Positions 12,998 through 21,740 of a stretch of DNA of 54,975 nucleotides are shown here, piece after piece. Position 1 is the first letter of the stretch. Each line of letters opens with the position of its first letter. A model generated the notes under the pieces. That model was not told the origin of the DNA, searched no databases, and saw only the letters and a program-made list of their open reading frames with translations. Both the position numbers and the translations under genes were made by a program. Source of the DNA: Candidatus Wildermuthbacteria bacterium (GTDB lineage: Bacteria; Patescibacteriota; Minisyncoccia; Minisyncoccales; UBA10102); assembly GCA_016186115.1 (NCBI GenBank), contig JACPMK010000002.1, positions 340,323 to 395,297 on the forward strand, written 5' to 3'.

Positions 12998-13549
12998 TTA
13001 TTCTATAATACTGACTGCTCGCAGCGTCCCCTCAAAAGACCCGACTGATTTTGCACAAAATTCAGCACTAGTGCAATTTGCCCCCGGGCTCACAATATTG
13101 CAATCGCTCGCTGGATCCTTACATACCGTATATGTTGCCCCGCTTGAAAAAATATTATCTATTCTGCCGTCAACAGGCACCTTATCTCGAGACTCGTGAG
13201 CTGCCATCACTTCTTTTCTGCAATTCATTCTATTTTCTCCGCCACCAGAACCTGCACAAACCCCAGGCACAGGAATTCCAATAATATCATCGATACAATC
13301 CCGACGCTGAACAGGCGGATTATAAGGATACGTATCAAGGCAGTATTCTACTCGCAGCAGTGTCTCAATGCCAGTGTCGGCGGCGTAAAAGGCCTTGACT
13401 GATTTATCGATACTGCCGACCAACTGAAGCCGTCCCAAAAAAATAGCGGCCAAGCCAATTGATGCGCCCAGAAGGATAGTAAGCGCAAGCATTACCAGAT
13501 AAATTGCGATACTCCCTTTGGTAGAATGATTGTTTTTCAAGAAGATCAT
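12998..13549 (-). CDS. PilX-like minor pilin
   Basis: KG|SIAIYLV leader lacking Glu5; SVKAFYAADTGIE motif. Confidence 0.75.
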   Translation of the reverse strand: MIFLKNNHSTKGSIAIYLVMLALTILLGASIGLAAIFLGRLQLVGSIDKSVKAFYAADTGIETLLRVEYCLDTYPYNPPVQRRDCIDDIIGIPVPGVCAGSGGGENRMNCRKEVMAAHESRDKVPVDGRIDNIFSSGATYTVCKDPASDCNIVSPGANCTSAEFCAKSVGSFEGTLRAVSIIE

Positions 13550-13557
13550 ATTCTTTG

Positions 13558-14130
13558 TTAAAGGTCCAAACGTCGTTGCGATAAAGTTGTCTGAAGACGC
13601 AAGGTGGGCTGGTCGCTTGGATCTTGGGGGCCCAATCCTTTTACGTACAAAGAAATAACAAGGCGCGGCTGAAGATTGTCAGCTCCTCCGTCTCCCGTAA
13701 GAGAAAAACTTATGCTCTCAACGCTCAAATCATTTGATGTAAGGGCCTCTCCGTTCACGGGAAGATTCCCAAAGGTATGATCAGTTGAGATCTTTTCAAG
13801 CAACTGTCCATTCTGAAGGAAGATCTCCCGGCACAACTGGCTGCCATCGATAAAACGAACGCCGGTATTTCCACCAAAAAGCTCGTAATTTCTTGCGGGC
13901 GCACCGATACAATCATTAAGAGTATCTACCTGGGCTTGGCGCAATGCTCTGCTCATGTATTCCAAAACAAACGAGGTTTCATCAACAAGTTTTTGCTGTG
14001 CAAGTGCGCCCTTCTGGGTGGCAATGCCCGCGATCAATAAATTCAAACCGGCTCCGATTACCACGGAAAAAATTGTAAGCGCCACAAGCATCTCAATGAG
14101 TGTGAATCCTGATTTGCGCGCAGATTTCAT
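13558..14130 (-). CDS. Type IV minor pilin (PilW-like)
   Basis: SG|FTLIEMLVAL prepilin motif. Confidence 0.85.
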   Translation of the reverse strand: MKSARKSGFTLIEMLVALTIFSVVIGAGLNLLIAGIATQKGALAQQKLVDETSFVLEYMSRALRQAQVDTLNDCIGAPARNYELFGGNTGVRFIDGSQLCREIFLQNGQLLEKISTDHTFGNLPVNGEALTSNDLSVESISFSLTGDGGADNLQPRLVISLYVKGLGPQDPSDQPTLRLQTTLSQRRLDL

Positions 14131-14150
14131 TTCTACCTCAAATGTTACTA

Positions 14151-14669
14151 CTAATAATTATACAGCTCTGCAATAACTGCTTCGGTGCGCTGCTTTCCTC
14201 TGTCTTCCCAGAAAACCTCGACCGTTACTGTAATTTTATTGCCCCCCGCGCCATCAACTGTGGTAATTTTTCGCTTAAAAATCCTGGGTGTTCCGGCATC
14301 ATAGCTATACATATTATTCGCATCCAGATTTAAAAAAGTATTGCCATATGCGACTAGACTCGCATCATTATAATCACCCTGGCAACCGCTTAAGCAATCT
14401 GTTGGCGAAATTCCATCATCCCAATCGCTACCCGAAATAAAATTCCCATCCCGGATATTGCGCGTGATTTCCGCACCCTCCTGCGCAAGATACACCGCGA
14501 TAAGCCGATTGGTGTCGGTTGCGCTTACTGAAACAAGGAACGTCATCAAACCAAATGCTCCGCCGATCCCGATCAAAACCACAAAAAATGCAAGTAAAAC
14601 TTCGATCAGCGTGAATCCACTCGAAGCTCCCGGCGAAGTATTTAGTATCTCGTATTTGGTATTTGGCAT
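14151..14669 (-). CDS. Type IV minor pilin (PilV-like)
   Basis: G|FTLIEVLLA and LAQEGAEITRNIRD; likely start ATG 14669. Confidence 0.85.
   Translation of the reverse strand: MPNTKYEILNTSPGASSGFTLIEVLLAFFVVLIGIGGAFGLMTFLVSVSATDTNRLIAVYLAQEGAEITRNIRDGNFISGSDWDDGISPTDCLSGCQGDYNDASLVAYGNTFLNLDANNMYSYDAGTPRIFKRKITTVDGAGGNKITVTVEVFWEDRGKQRTEAVIAELYNY
14638..14665 (-). repeat. 4 degenerate heptamers (AAATACN type) in the prepilin leader
   Basis: Plus strand gtattta gtatctc gtatttg gtatttg; encodes NTKYEILNT. Confidence 0.8.
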
Positions 14670-14705
14670 AAGGGCTAGAAGCGAAAGCCACGTTTTACAT
14701 GGTGA

Positions 14706-14792
14706 GAGCAAGGAATTTTTCTGCAGACGCGTAGGTGCCCACGTTGAGCTACGCGAAATGTGGGGTAAAGCGCAAGGAAAAATTTCTTGCTC
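14706..14792 (+). other. Structured intergenic element: 16-bp closing stem enclosing an H-type pseudoknot
   Basis: 14706-21 pairs with 14777-92; 14728-34 with 14749-55; loop 14738-45 with 14757-64. Both mismatches are G-U on the + strand. Confidence 0.55.
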
Positions 14793-14830
14793 GAACTATT
14801 AAGAATGGGTGAGGTTGAGATAATCATAGC

Positions 14831-15370
14831 TTACTGGATGTCGACAACGCCTTTGCCATTGATAGTAAGAGTTCTTGTCTGGGTTTTTAATTGCAGGGTA
14901 ATCGACGCCGACGAATCTGCTCCATTGCTAATGCTTGTATTGGGATTGGGAGGGGTAAAAGCAATACTCAAGGGATCTCTGCTCAAACTTTGAATCGTCA
15001 CTCCTGTATCCAGAGGAACTGTCTTTACAATTTGATCACCTGATAGTGCACTATACCGTGTATCAGCATCACAATTGGCATAAATAAGATAAGAAGAATC
15101 AGATAAAACAGTGTCGAAATAGATTCCATATCCCGAAACGGTGCCTGCGCATCCCGTGAACTGCTTTGCCGACAAAGCGAGATTCATTGCCCCTCTAATA
15201 TCCTGACTAACTTTGTGAATCGAACGATCAAGCGCCAGCGATCTTTCGCTGGCATGGATATTAACCATAATTACTCCGCTCACAATAACAAGAATAGAAA
15301 CCACGAGCAGTAGTTCGGTTAACGTAAATCCTTTATTGGAATCTTTTAGAATGGTGAAACCTCGCGCCAT
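14831..15370 (-). CDS. Type IV minor pilin (FimT/GspH-like)
   Basis: KG|FTLTELLLVV motif; likely start ATG 15370. Confidence 0.85.
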   Translation of the reverse strand: MARGFTILKDSNKGFTLTELLLVVSILVIVSGVIMVNIHASERSLALDRSIHKVSQDIRGAMNLALSAKQFTGCAGTVSGYGIYFDTVLSDSSYLIYANCDADTRYSALSGDQIVKTVPLDTGVTIQSLSRDPLSIAFTPPNPNTSISNGADSSASITLQLKTQTRTLTINGKGVVDIQ

Positions 15371-16650
15371 ATGGGCACCGAAGATGAAGAAATTGTAATA
15401 AGTGTTCTTGAAGCGCTGCAACTTCCTACGTTATCCCCTGAAGTAAGTTTTACTGTTTGCAACCCGCTTGAGGAAAAAGTATAACTCGGATTTTGCAAAG
15501 TACTATCAGTAGTCCCGTTGTTATCAAAATCCCACGCCCAGTTTTTACCAATACTCGTCGCAGCAAATGTTGTTGCGTCGGTAAAGCTCACAAGCTGGCC
15601 AGTAATCGGTGAGGCCGGGCTCCAATTAAAACTTGGATCTGGATAGTGATGCAGCGGCGTGGCAAAAGAACCTCCAGAAACCCAGCCGGAATTTTGACCG
15701 TCATTGTCCCATACCATCACTTGCCAGGTATAGGTTTTGTCCCAGCCAAGCTGCTCCCCGGCACTTTGAAATACGTACTGCATCGATGACCCCATTTTTT
15801 GCCCGGTATCCACCACGACCACTGCTCCATCTTTTACCTGAATGCGGAAAGCCGATTGCGTGCCGGCTGGCGGATCGTAAAAAGTCCAGCGCACTCTGAC
15901 CGGAGGATAAGCAGTAAATCCGCAATACTCGGCAGAAGTTGCCGGGTCTGCTTGCATATTCTTGACTTCGGGAGCTGCATTCAAATCGATTTCCGCGGAA
16001 TAATCAATCGTTGCACAGCTTGAATCGTTGCTGCAATTGAAACTGATCCAGCCCACCACAGCGCTTCCCCACGCCCATCCTTCTAATTCCTGTGTCACTG
16101 GATTCCGATCAACTCCATAACTTACCGGGGCGGTATCACGAAATTTGATCCAGCCATCCCAACCGCCAGCAAGAGGATCCTCTGTTCCCTCGCAGGTAAC
16201 CTTATCCAATACCGCGCCGCATGCTCTTGCCCATCCCGATATTTGATTGCTCGCGAGATCCAATCTGACCGGCGCTGCTCCTGTTTCTCCGGGCGGAGTG
16301 GTTGTTGGGTCGAATTTAGTCCAGCCAATATTGGGCGACCACGCGTATCCGGAAAAATTTCCCGTGGTCGAATTTACATTTACTCCGTAATCAAAGGCAA
16401 CGGTTGAAGTATCGTTTCCTCCGCATGCCCCCGAGTCAACAAATCCATTGTTGTTTGCATCGCATCCTATACTATTCATACTAATCCAACCAATATTCGA
16501 TGACCATGCCCATCCAAAAACATTGTGTGAAGATCCTGCGCTTACTTCTTTGGGCGCGAACACAGAAATTTTATCGCTCGCCATAAAAAATACAGCTACC
16601 GCCAACGCGACAAATAAAACAAGGCATACAATGTGAAACGCTCTTGGCAT
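15346..16650 (-). CDS. Secreted PKD-domain protein with GWAWS..IGWIS repeats
   Basis: Signal anchor; 3 repeats of G(W/Y)AWxxxxGWxxF/M; PKD motif WAWDFDNNGT..QNPSYTF; ends WREVSPF. Start is ATG 16650 or TTG 16662. Confidence 0.75.
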   Translation of the reverse strand: MPRAFHIVCLVLFVALAVAVFFMASDKISVFAPKEVSAGSSHNVFGWAWSSNIGWISMNSIGCDANNNGFVDSGACGGNDTSTVAFDYGVNVNSTTGNFSGYAWSPNIGWTKFDPTTTPPGETGAAPVRLDLASNQISGWARACGAVLDKVTCEGTEDPLAGGWDGWIKFRDTAPVSYGVDRNPVTQELEGWAWGSAVVGWISFNCSNDSSCATIDYSAEIDLNAAPEVKNMQADPATSAEYCGFTAYPPVRVRWTFYDPPAGTQSAFRIQVKDGAVVVVDTGQKMGSSMQYVFQSAGEQLGWDKTYTWQVMVWDNDGQNSGWVSGGSFATPLHHYPDPSFNWSPASPITGQLVSFTDATTFAATSIGKNWAWDFDNNGTTDSTLQNPSYTFSSSGLQTVKLTSGDNVGSCSASRTLITISSSSVPIWREVSPF

Positions 16651-16826
16651 GGATGAATTCAAAGTTGTATTTATTATACCAAAAACAAACCTCTACAAAA
16701 AGCTCCCGCATTGCTTAACTAAGTTAAGCACTTAGCGAGTCAACATGCGGGTGCCTGCCTATCAGCCCAGTGTCTCCATAATAACACGTACATTTAATTA
16801 AAGAGGCGAAGAGAACGAAACGAACG

Positions 16827-16855
16827 GCATGAAGGAAGTCAAACTTCCTTCATGC
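16827..16855. repeat. 13-3-13 REP-like palindrome; related copy at 21708-21740
   Basis: gcatgaaggaagt-caa-acttccttcatgc. Confidence 0.85.
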
Positions 16856-16867
16856 TTCCTTCTTAAA

Positions 16868-16963
16868 AACTTCCGTCGACCTCACCAAGCCCTAGGGTAC
16901 GAAACCCCAATCAACTTCCATTACAAGTATCACAAGGTGTTACCTATGTACTCATCTAGTACA
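16868..16963 (+). mobile_element. Remnant 3' end of an IS481/IS3-like integrase-core transposase, ending in ACA
   Basis: Translates NFRRPHQALGYETPINFHYKYHKVLPMYSSST; NxxRPHxALGYxTP is the C-terminal motif of rve-type IS transposases. Confidence 0.65.
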
Positions 16964-16967
16964 AAAC

Positions 16968-16997
16968 TTGACAAAGGTCGATTATGAATGGTATAAT
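16968..16997 (+). promoter_or_regulatory. Consensus sigma70 promoter
   Basis: TTGACA (16968-73), 18 bp spacer ending in TGG, TATAAT (16992-97). Confidence 0.8.
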
Positions 16998-17085
16998 ATA
17001 GATGAGTAAAAGCACCTTCACACATGTTTATCCCCTGTCCATGGGGTTAAAATAAAAAAACTGCAGAACTCTTGAAAGGAGAGAA

Positions 17086-17754
17086 GTGACCACGAAAACG
17101 CAGGGTGCAAAGAAATCCCCGTTTTGGATTTTGTGGCTAGTTTCCGCATTCTTCATCCTTGCCTTCGTGGCAGGGACGGCTGGCTATTTTGTCAGGGGTG
17201 GCGAAGTCCAAATTCCTGGGGTCCCGGTACCCGCAGGAATACCTGCTGTCGATGTGCCAACTCCAACGCCTACTACTGCGGTGGAAACCCCAACTGCCGT
17301 GCCAACGCCGACCATTGTCGGGGTATTGCCGGGCGTGCAGACAGCAACGAATGTTAACGGCACAACTACTCCTGCCGCATCCGCTACTTCCGTATCGAGA
17401 AGCGGACTCGCAACGCTTCCTGCGGAATTGGTTGGCAAAATAGAGGTTAAATATACCTACAACCTCGCGGTCCAGAATGGAATACTAATTTTCCAGCCCT
17501 CGGTCTATGTTACGAACAAATCCGAGGGGAAAATTACGGCTGTCGCAGTAAGATATGCAGTACGAGATACTCAATGGGGCATAATTCCTTTGGGCGGGAT
17601 TGCAATAGATTTTCCGCAGAAACCAATCCTGCCAGGGGAAACAAGACAGATAACTGGAGGAGATGGATCTCGGAGGGAGCTGCCGAAAGGAGTAGAAGTA
17701 CGCCCCATGGAGACGGAAGTTGAAATATCCGTTTCCAGCGTAAGCTTCTCCTAG
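17086..17754 (+). CDS. Membrane-anchored hypothetical protein with Pro/Thr linker and C-terminal Ig-like (FxLYD-like) domain
   Basis: SD aaggaga before GTG start; N-terminal TM; PT linker; YVTNKS...ILPGET. Confidence 0.75.
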   Translation: MTTKTQGAKKSPFWILWLVSAFFILAFVAGTAGYFVRGGEVQIPGVPVPAGIPAVDVPTPTPTTAVETPTAVPTPTIVGVLPGVQTATNVNGTTTPAASATSVSRSGLATLPAELVGKIEVKYTYNLAVQNGILIFQPSVYVTNKSEGKITAVAVRYAVRDTQWGIIPLGGIAIDFPQKPILPGETRQITGGDGSRRELPKGVEVRPMETEVEISVSSVSFS

Positions 17755-17766
17755 CGCAATGTACCA

Positions 17767-17798
17767 AAGACCCTCACCGATATATCGGTGAGGGTCTT
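17767..17798. terminator. Bidirectional terminator (perfect 32-bp palindrome) between convergent genes
   Basis: aagaccctcaccgatatatcggtgagggtctt. Confidence 0.8.
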
Positions 17799-17818
17799 CT
17801 TCATTTATTGTCGCATAT

Positions 17819-20440
17819 TTATTCGCGAAGCCGGACGCAACTTGCACTACAGGATGCCTCCTGATCGCCGCAACCAGCCAACAATGCGCTTACATACCAT
17901 TCATTGGTGACATCTTTACCCACACTGCAATTGGCAATTTCGGTTTGTCCGTCAACATCTGTTTGACGCACGGCAGACAAAGAGCAGAAAGAGTCAGGCC
18001 AGAAATATCCGGTATATGTGAAAGTATTTCCGTCTCCCTGAACCAAACAAGACCTAAATGCAGTTTCTTCAAAAAGACCACTAAAGTTCCAGTTCGATTT
18101 TGTTTGCCCTCCCAAGATTAAACTTCCAGCAGCTACCGTCAAATTCCCTGAAATATTAATATTCCCCGCTACGTTCAGCATGTACGCGCCGGGGGCTACT
18201 CCAATGCCTAAAGCGCCAGACATTTGATCGCCTGCGGTATTCACATATCGCGCGTCGCTCCAGTTTGTTTGCAGCCAAGCGGTATCCACCGATAACGTCC
18301 CCGTGGAAGTAATTGGATTCGTTGGAGCAGCAGAAAGGCCATTACCAGCCGTAATACTTGTGACTCCGCCGCCTCCGCCGCTCGTATCATCTGCCTCACA
18401 AACAACAGTTCCGTCTGAATTGATACCGACCATTACTTGGCCTAAACAAGTGCCCGAAACGCGCCGCTGAAGATACGTGATATCGGTGGAATGTGTAACT
18501 CTTTTGTTCACCGCATCGAATCCCAGCAACAATCCAGCGCTCGTTCCAAATTGCAACGTATCGGCGCCAGAAGCAGAAAATTGCACAACGCCGCTTGAGT
18601 TGGCGATCTTCGTAAACGCATCCCCGCCAGCGCCGCCCTGATCGGTGCCACAGGTTAAATTCCCACTAGCATCAGTGTCCAGCGTGCTGCTGCCAGTGCA
18701 ATTTTGGAGCGCAGGATCCTCGAAACGCATTCCGCCAGCAGAGGTTATGATAACTGCATTGCCTATGCCTCGAAAAGCCAACGCTCCATCCGTTCCAAGA
18801 TTTACTGTAAATTGATTGGCTCCGCGAGTAAGTCGGATAAAATCATCTGTGGCATTCGATATCGTCAAACGCGATCCAGGGCTTGCAGTCCCAATGCCGA
18901 GTCGTTTATCCGTATTATTCCAGTACAAATTTGCGTCAGAACCGATCGTGCCTCCGCCAGTGAAGAACGCGACTTGAGTCGCTGTTCCACTGCCGCCGAT
19001 TCCGCCGGCCCCGCCCTGATCAGCGCCGCAAATCAGGTTTCCGCTGGCGTCCGCATCCACTGTGCTAGTACCAGTGCAATTTGCGAGCGCCGGAATTCTG
19101 ACGTTTCCGCCCTCCAATATCGCTGCCGGAGGCGCTACAAGAATAGGTTCGAAAGTAATATCTGCCTGCCCATACATTGTCCCAAGTATGTTAATATTGG
19201 GCATCGCATTGCTTCCTACTATATAACGAGAGGCCTGAATTCTGATATCGCCAGAAGTAATTGGCATGCCCGCAAGCGGATTAGAGCAAGTATACGCAGG
19301 GTCAAAAGGTGAAGTACGGACCGCAACCACATAGCTCTGCCCGGCTGTTACATTTACAGACGTAATAGTAACATAGCCCCAAGTAGTGGTATCGTTAACT
19401 GCAGAAAACCTGCTAGTGTTCGCCAGTTCAACCCCGGTTGCCGCGTCATAAAGTCGAATATCTCTCACGGTATTAGCATTAAAACAACGTACGCCAAGCC
19501 GAGTTATCCTTCCGTTCACCAAGGGAGTAAATAGATAACCCGCATTGTAATCGAGGCCATTGCTAACGGTTGCGGCAGGCATTCCAACAGCTTGCAATGG
19601 GTTTTGCGGAGCGCCTACGGTCTGCGCTACTTTTACATGGAGTCCGGCGCTCGGGGTTGAGGTGCCGATGCCGACGTTGCCGGTGTTGTAGTAAATATTC
19701 GAACCCGAAGTTGTCCATTGAGAACTTCCGCCTGCGCCCATACAATCGCCCCAAGCGCCATTTTGATAGCAGCGGAATTTCTGCGAAGTGGAATCGTAAT
19801 AGAGCACTCCGTTTGCTCCTGTCGGCGCAGCCGATGGCTGCAACCGTATCGCGCCGCCAACATCCAACGGATAGCTCGGAGACGTTACCCCAGCCAAACC
19901 AATTTTCCCTTCCGGCAATAAATCTCCAGCAGTATTCAAGTTAAGCACAAGCGGACGATTTGTACCGCTCGTATTCATATTCACGGCAAACTGATACGTA
20001 CCGCCTGATCTATAAAATCCGAGTGACCCCCAACCAGTAACTGTTGTATCGTAGGCCGTTGAACCTCGTGGATAAATCTCGAGCTGATAGCGGAGTGGAG
20101 CCATCTGTACTCTTACCGCCCCCGTTAAATTTTCTGCGGCTGTAATTGTGCCCGCAACGAGGGTATCCCCATTCACTGTCAGCTTTGATCCCGGAGTACT
20201 CGTCCCAATGCCAACATTGCCAAAGGGCACTGAAAGACCGGTAGCATAAAGATTTGCTACATTCACAGCGATATTTCCGTCTTTACTTTGAGTGTCTGAT
20301 CCTATATTAATAGGCGGAGCAACATTGCCGCCGGGAGGCGTTGCGCTTGGCGCAGTCCATGCCGCGAATGCATAAAATCCAAAAAACAAAAGGCCAAGAA
20401 CGCCCCAAATGATAATCGATTGAAAAAGAAACCTTCGCAT
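17819..20440 (-). CDS. Secreted tail-fibre/adhesin-like protein with DUF4082-like domain and internal repeats
   Basis: AWTAPSATPPGGNV N-terminus; repeated GNVGIGTSTP; two C-TG-S-(D/T)DASGNL-CG-DQGGAGG repeats. Confidence 0.75.
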   Translation of the reverse strand: MRRFLFQSIIIWGVLGLLFFGFYAFAAWTAPSATPPGGNVAPPINIGSDTQSKDGNIAVNVANLYATGLSVPFGNVGIGTSTPGSKLTVNGDTLVAGTITAAENLTGAVRVQMAPLRYQLEIYPRGSTAYDTTVTGWGSLGFYRSGGTYQFAVNMNTSGTNRPLVLNLNTAGDLLPEGKIGLAGVTSPSYPLDVGGAIRLQPSAAPTGANGVLYYDSTSQKFRCYQNGAWGDCMGAGGSSQWTTSGSNIYYNTGNVGIGTSTPSAGLHVKVAQTVGAPQNPLQAVGMPAATVSNGLDYNAGYLFTPLVNGRITRLGVRCFNANTVRDIRLYDAATGVELANTSRFSAVNDTTTWGYVTITSVNVTAGQSYVVAVRTSPFDPAYTCSNPLAGMPITSGDIRIQASRYIVGSNAMPNINILGTMYGQADITFEPILVAPPAAILEGGNVRIPALANCTGTSTVDADASGNLICGADQGGAGGIGGSGTATQVAFFTGGGTIGSDANLYWNNTDKRLGIGTASPGSRLTISNATDDFIRLTRGANQFTVNLGTDGALAFRGIGNAVIITSAGGMRFEDPALQNCTGSSTLDTDASGNLTCGTDQGGAGGDAFTKIANSSGVVQFSASGADTLQFGTSAGLLLGFDAVNKRVTHSTDITYLQRRVSGTCLGQVMVGINSDGTVVCEADDTSGGGGGVTSITAGNGLSAAPTNPITSTGTLSVDTAWLQTNWSDARYVNTAGDQMSGALGIGVAPGAYMLNVAGNINISGNLTVAAGSLILGGQTKSNWNFSGLFEETAFRSCLVQGDGNTFTYTGYFWPDSFCSLSAVRQTDVDGQTEIANCSVGKDVTNEWYVSALLAGCGDQEASCSASCVRLRE

Positions 20441-20445
20441 AAAAA

Positions 20446-20778
20446 TTATTTCATGGGAGCACTTAATTGTTCTTCGATTTCTTGTTTCTGCTGATCAGAA
20501 ATTGAACTATTTTCTCCATCCTTTGCTGGCAGCGATAGATTCTTTAAAATTTGCTGCTTCTCCTTTTCAGTGGTGGGCTTGCCCTCTGTTGCCGGCGAAG
20601 ACAAATTTTGCAAAATTTCTTCTTTGGTAAGCGGTCTTTCGGTTGACAACGGGGCAACCTGCTCCTCTGCTTTTTTGCGCTGATCGAGGAATACCACAAT
20701 CAATAAAGCATCGACAAACAGAACAACAAAGATGACAAACAGCAAACCCCACACCAGTTTTCGATTGCCAAAAATCAT
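20446..20778 (-). CDS. Small single-TM hypothetical protein
   Basis: N-terminal TM; repeated (E/Q)IL.NLS motif; overlaps the pilD stop. Confidence 0.7.
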   Translation of the reverse strand: MIFGNRKLVWGLLFVIFVVLFVDALLIVVFLDQRKKAEEQVAPLSTERPLTKEEILQNLSSPATEGKPTTEKEKQQILKNLSLPAKDGENSSISDQQKQEIEEQLSAPMK

Positions 20779-21659
20779 AAGGCAAAAGAGCTAAAATACC
20801 ACTGCGCAATTTCTTCTCCCGCCAAGTATGCAATCAGGACGCCCAGAATTAAAAACGGGCCGAAGGGAATCTCGCTCTGCAATCCTTTTTTCCTGGCTCC
20901 CATCAGAATTACCCCTATTATAGCACCGATGAGAAAAGCGAAAAATAGGGCAACAAAAATATTGGGGAAGCCAAGAAAAAGGCCCATGAAAATTCCGAGT
21001 TTTACGTCTCCAAACCCGATCCACTTGCCGCGCGAGGCCAAAAAGAGAAGAAGGAAAAATCCAGAGGCAATAAGCGCGGCAACCGCTCCATTCACCAAGG
21101 GGTTGGGAAATCCAAATGCTCCACCTTCGCCCAATGCCTGCACCGCAAGCGATGCCCAATTCTTTGTCTCTCCTGCTCTTGTCGCAAGAAGACGAAAAAT
21201 GGGGAAAACCTCGAATATTCGCCACGCAAATGCAATTCCAATGGCGGGGTATACAATTTCATTGGGAATAATATAATGCTTCAAATCGTAGACAAAAATC
21301 ACCAGCAACAAACAACTAATCGCAAGGAGAAAAAGGAAATCGATCAATTGTAGATTATCTGGCTGTGCCATATCTCGCGAAGCGAGAAAAATGAGGAGAA
21401 ATAGCAGCCCGGTTGCTGTTTCGACTATGGGGTATTGCCGCGAGATATTTTTTTTGCAATAGCGGCATTTGCCGCCAAGCAAAAGAAAACTCACAACAGG
21501 AATCAAATCAAACCACGCGAGCTGATGATGACAATAAGGACAACACGATCGCCCCTTGAGAGCATTTTCTTGAGTGCGCAGGCGATAAATCACTACATTC
21601 AAAAAACTCCCCACCGCCAACCCAAAAAGAAAAATAAAAATCGGAAAGAGATACGTCAT
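20775..21659 (-). CDS. pilD: Prepilin peptidase
   Basis: GSFLNVVIYR, C-C..C, DLIPVVSF..GKCRYC, GFGDVKL, IPFGPFL. Start is 21659 or 21668. Confidence 0.95.
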   Translation of the reverse strand: MTYLFPIFIFLFGLAVGSFLNVVIYRLRTQENALKGRSCCPYCHHQLAWFDLIPVVSFLLLGGKCRYCKKNISRQYPIVETATGLLFLLIFLASRDMAQPDNLQLIDFLFLLAISCLLLVIFVYDLKHYIIPNEIVYPAIGIAFAWRIFEVFPIFRLLATRAGETKNWASLAVQALGEGGAFGFPNPLVNGAVAALIASGFFLLLFLASRGKWIGFGDVKLGIFMGLFLGFPNIFVALFFAFLIGAIIGVILMGARKKGLQSEIPFGPFLILGVLIAYLAGEEIAQWYFSSFAL

Positions 21660-21707
21660 TTCTTTCATTATATCTCATCCCTCCCCATCCTCAAAATGCA
21701 AATGATG

Positions 21708-21740
21708 TGAAGGAAGTTTGACTTCCTTCATACTTCCTTC
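21708..21740. repeat. Second copy of the GAAGGAAGT palindrome, overlapping a stop codon
   Basis: tgaaggaagt-ttg-acttccttcat-a-cttccttc. Confidence 0.8.

Noticed and set aside
14721..14758. CTGCAGA...GAAA resembling a hammerhead core
   Set aside because: The invariant A of CUGA is C, the spacing to stem II is off, and no stem III or NUH site is evident.
15325..15370. Two G|FT motifs in one prepilin leader as dual processing sites
   Set aside because: Only the second is followed by Glu5 and a hydrophobic helix; the first lies in the overlap with the upstream gene.
18623..19095. Repeat pair as a DGR template/variable repeat
   Set aside because: Differences are not adenine-specific, both copies are coding, and no reverse transcriptase is in the window.
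21138..21195. Small hairpins in the variable loop of pilD
   Set aside because: Short and imperfect, with no second copy in the window; consistent with chance.
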